From a virus (Duplodnaviria; Caudoviricetes): a DNA stretch of 25,567 nucleotides. The notes below the pieces were generated by a model. That model did no database searches, had not been told where the DNA came from, and saw only the letters and a list, made by a program, of their open reading frames with translations. The stretch covers positions 1-25,567 of the IMG/VR virus record IMGVR_UViG_3300017910_000198; one strand, 5' to 3'. A program made the position numbers and the translations under genes. Shown in pieces: positions 25,193 through 25,567 of the stretch (its first letter is position 1; the number at the start of each line of letters is the position of its first letter).

Positions 25193-25567
25193 TTATTTTA
25201 ATAAGTTTACAAATGCGTAGGTCATTCCTACAATTGAAGGTACAGCAACTAAAACAATAACTATACCAGTAAATATTTTTACAACTAAATCACGATTCTT
25301 TGCAGCTTGCCGTTGACGATTTACTTCTTCTTGTCTACGTTTACGTTTACAGTCTGCTTGGAATTGTAACCAATCATCATACAGATTTGCTCGACCTGCA
25401 TAAATCATCAATTCTCTAAGTTCTTCTTCCTGTTGTTTTAAAGTCTCTAAAGCCATGAAAGCTTCCATATCGGATTTGCTTCCATTCTTATTTGCCTTTT
25501 TAGCTATCTCACTTTTGGAATCAAAGTATGATGTAGCTTGCTTCGCAACACGAGTAAGGTCTTGTCC
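25193..25567 (-). CDS. Hypothetical protein with C-terminal TM helix, 5'-truncated by the window
   Basis: Frame stays open from 25468 to the window end (GQDLTRVAKQATSYFDSKSEIAKK...); C-terminal IFTGIVIVLVAVPSIVGMTYAFV. Confidence 0.75.
   Translation of the reverse strand, partial: GQDLTRVAKQATSYFDSKSEIAKKANKNGSKSDMEAFMALETLKQQEEELRELMIYAGRANLYDDWLQFQADCKRKRRQEEVNRQRQAAKNRDLVVKIFTGIVIVLVAVPSIVGMTYAFVNLLK

Larger units (their letters stand above)
1..25567. mobile_element. Phage genome fragment (T7-like replication module; SIO1/cobavirus-like convergent two-arm podovirus layout)
   Basis: Dense overlapping ORFs; SSB, primase-helicase, PolA, nucleases and class II RNR on +; ejection-type proteins, endolysin and holin on -; no cellular housekeeping genes or integrase in the window. 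Confidence 0.93.

Noticed and set aside
1-25567. tRNA or structured ncRNA genes, att sites, T7-type phage RNAP promoters
   Set aside because: Almost no intergenic space; no cloverleaf or repeated ~23-bp motif noticed by eye. A computational scan would be needed to exclude them.

Overview
This is a ~25.6 kb fragment of a tailed dsDNA phage genome, most likely a lytic podovirus with T7-like replication genes and a SIO1/cobavirus (Zobellviridae)-type layout of two convergent arms. The + arm (1-9547) is replication and nucleotide metabolism: 5'-truncated SSB, T7 gp4-like primase-helicase, family A DNA polymerase (Tyr762 type), three PD-(D/E)xK-type nucleases, a DUF3310 protein, a run of tiny overlapping ORFs (three absent from the ORF track) and a class II (B12-dependent) ribonucleotide reductase. 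The - arm (25567 to 9617) is virion and lysis: two membrane proteins, candidate ejection proteins (743, 393, 192, 641 aa), a 2583-aa multidomain protein (ART-PolyVal-like, EIQSD, LysM modules), an M15 endolysin, a 3TM holin and four coupled, very basic small proteins. The arms meet at an imperfect hairpin. Most notable: (1) a [FY]xxGGx[VA] motif marks the three module junctions of the giant protein and recurs in two other late proteins, suggesting a shared processing or packaging tag; (2) an unbroken 27 x 11-residue Asn/Gln coiled-coil register suggests a DNA ejection tube; (3) the basic mini-protein cassette includes an apparently split DUF5872-like protein; (4) a perfect sigma70 promoter lies inside the Cas4-like gene. 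All family assignments are from motif recognition by eye; no searches were run.
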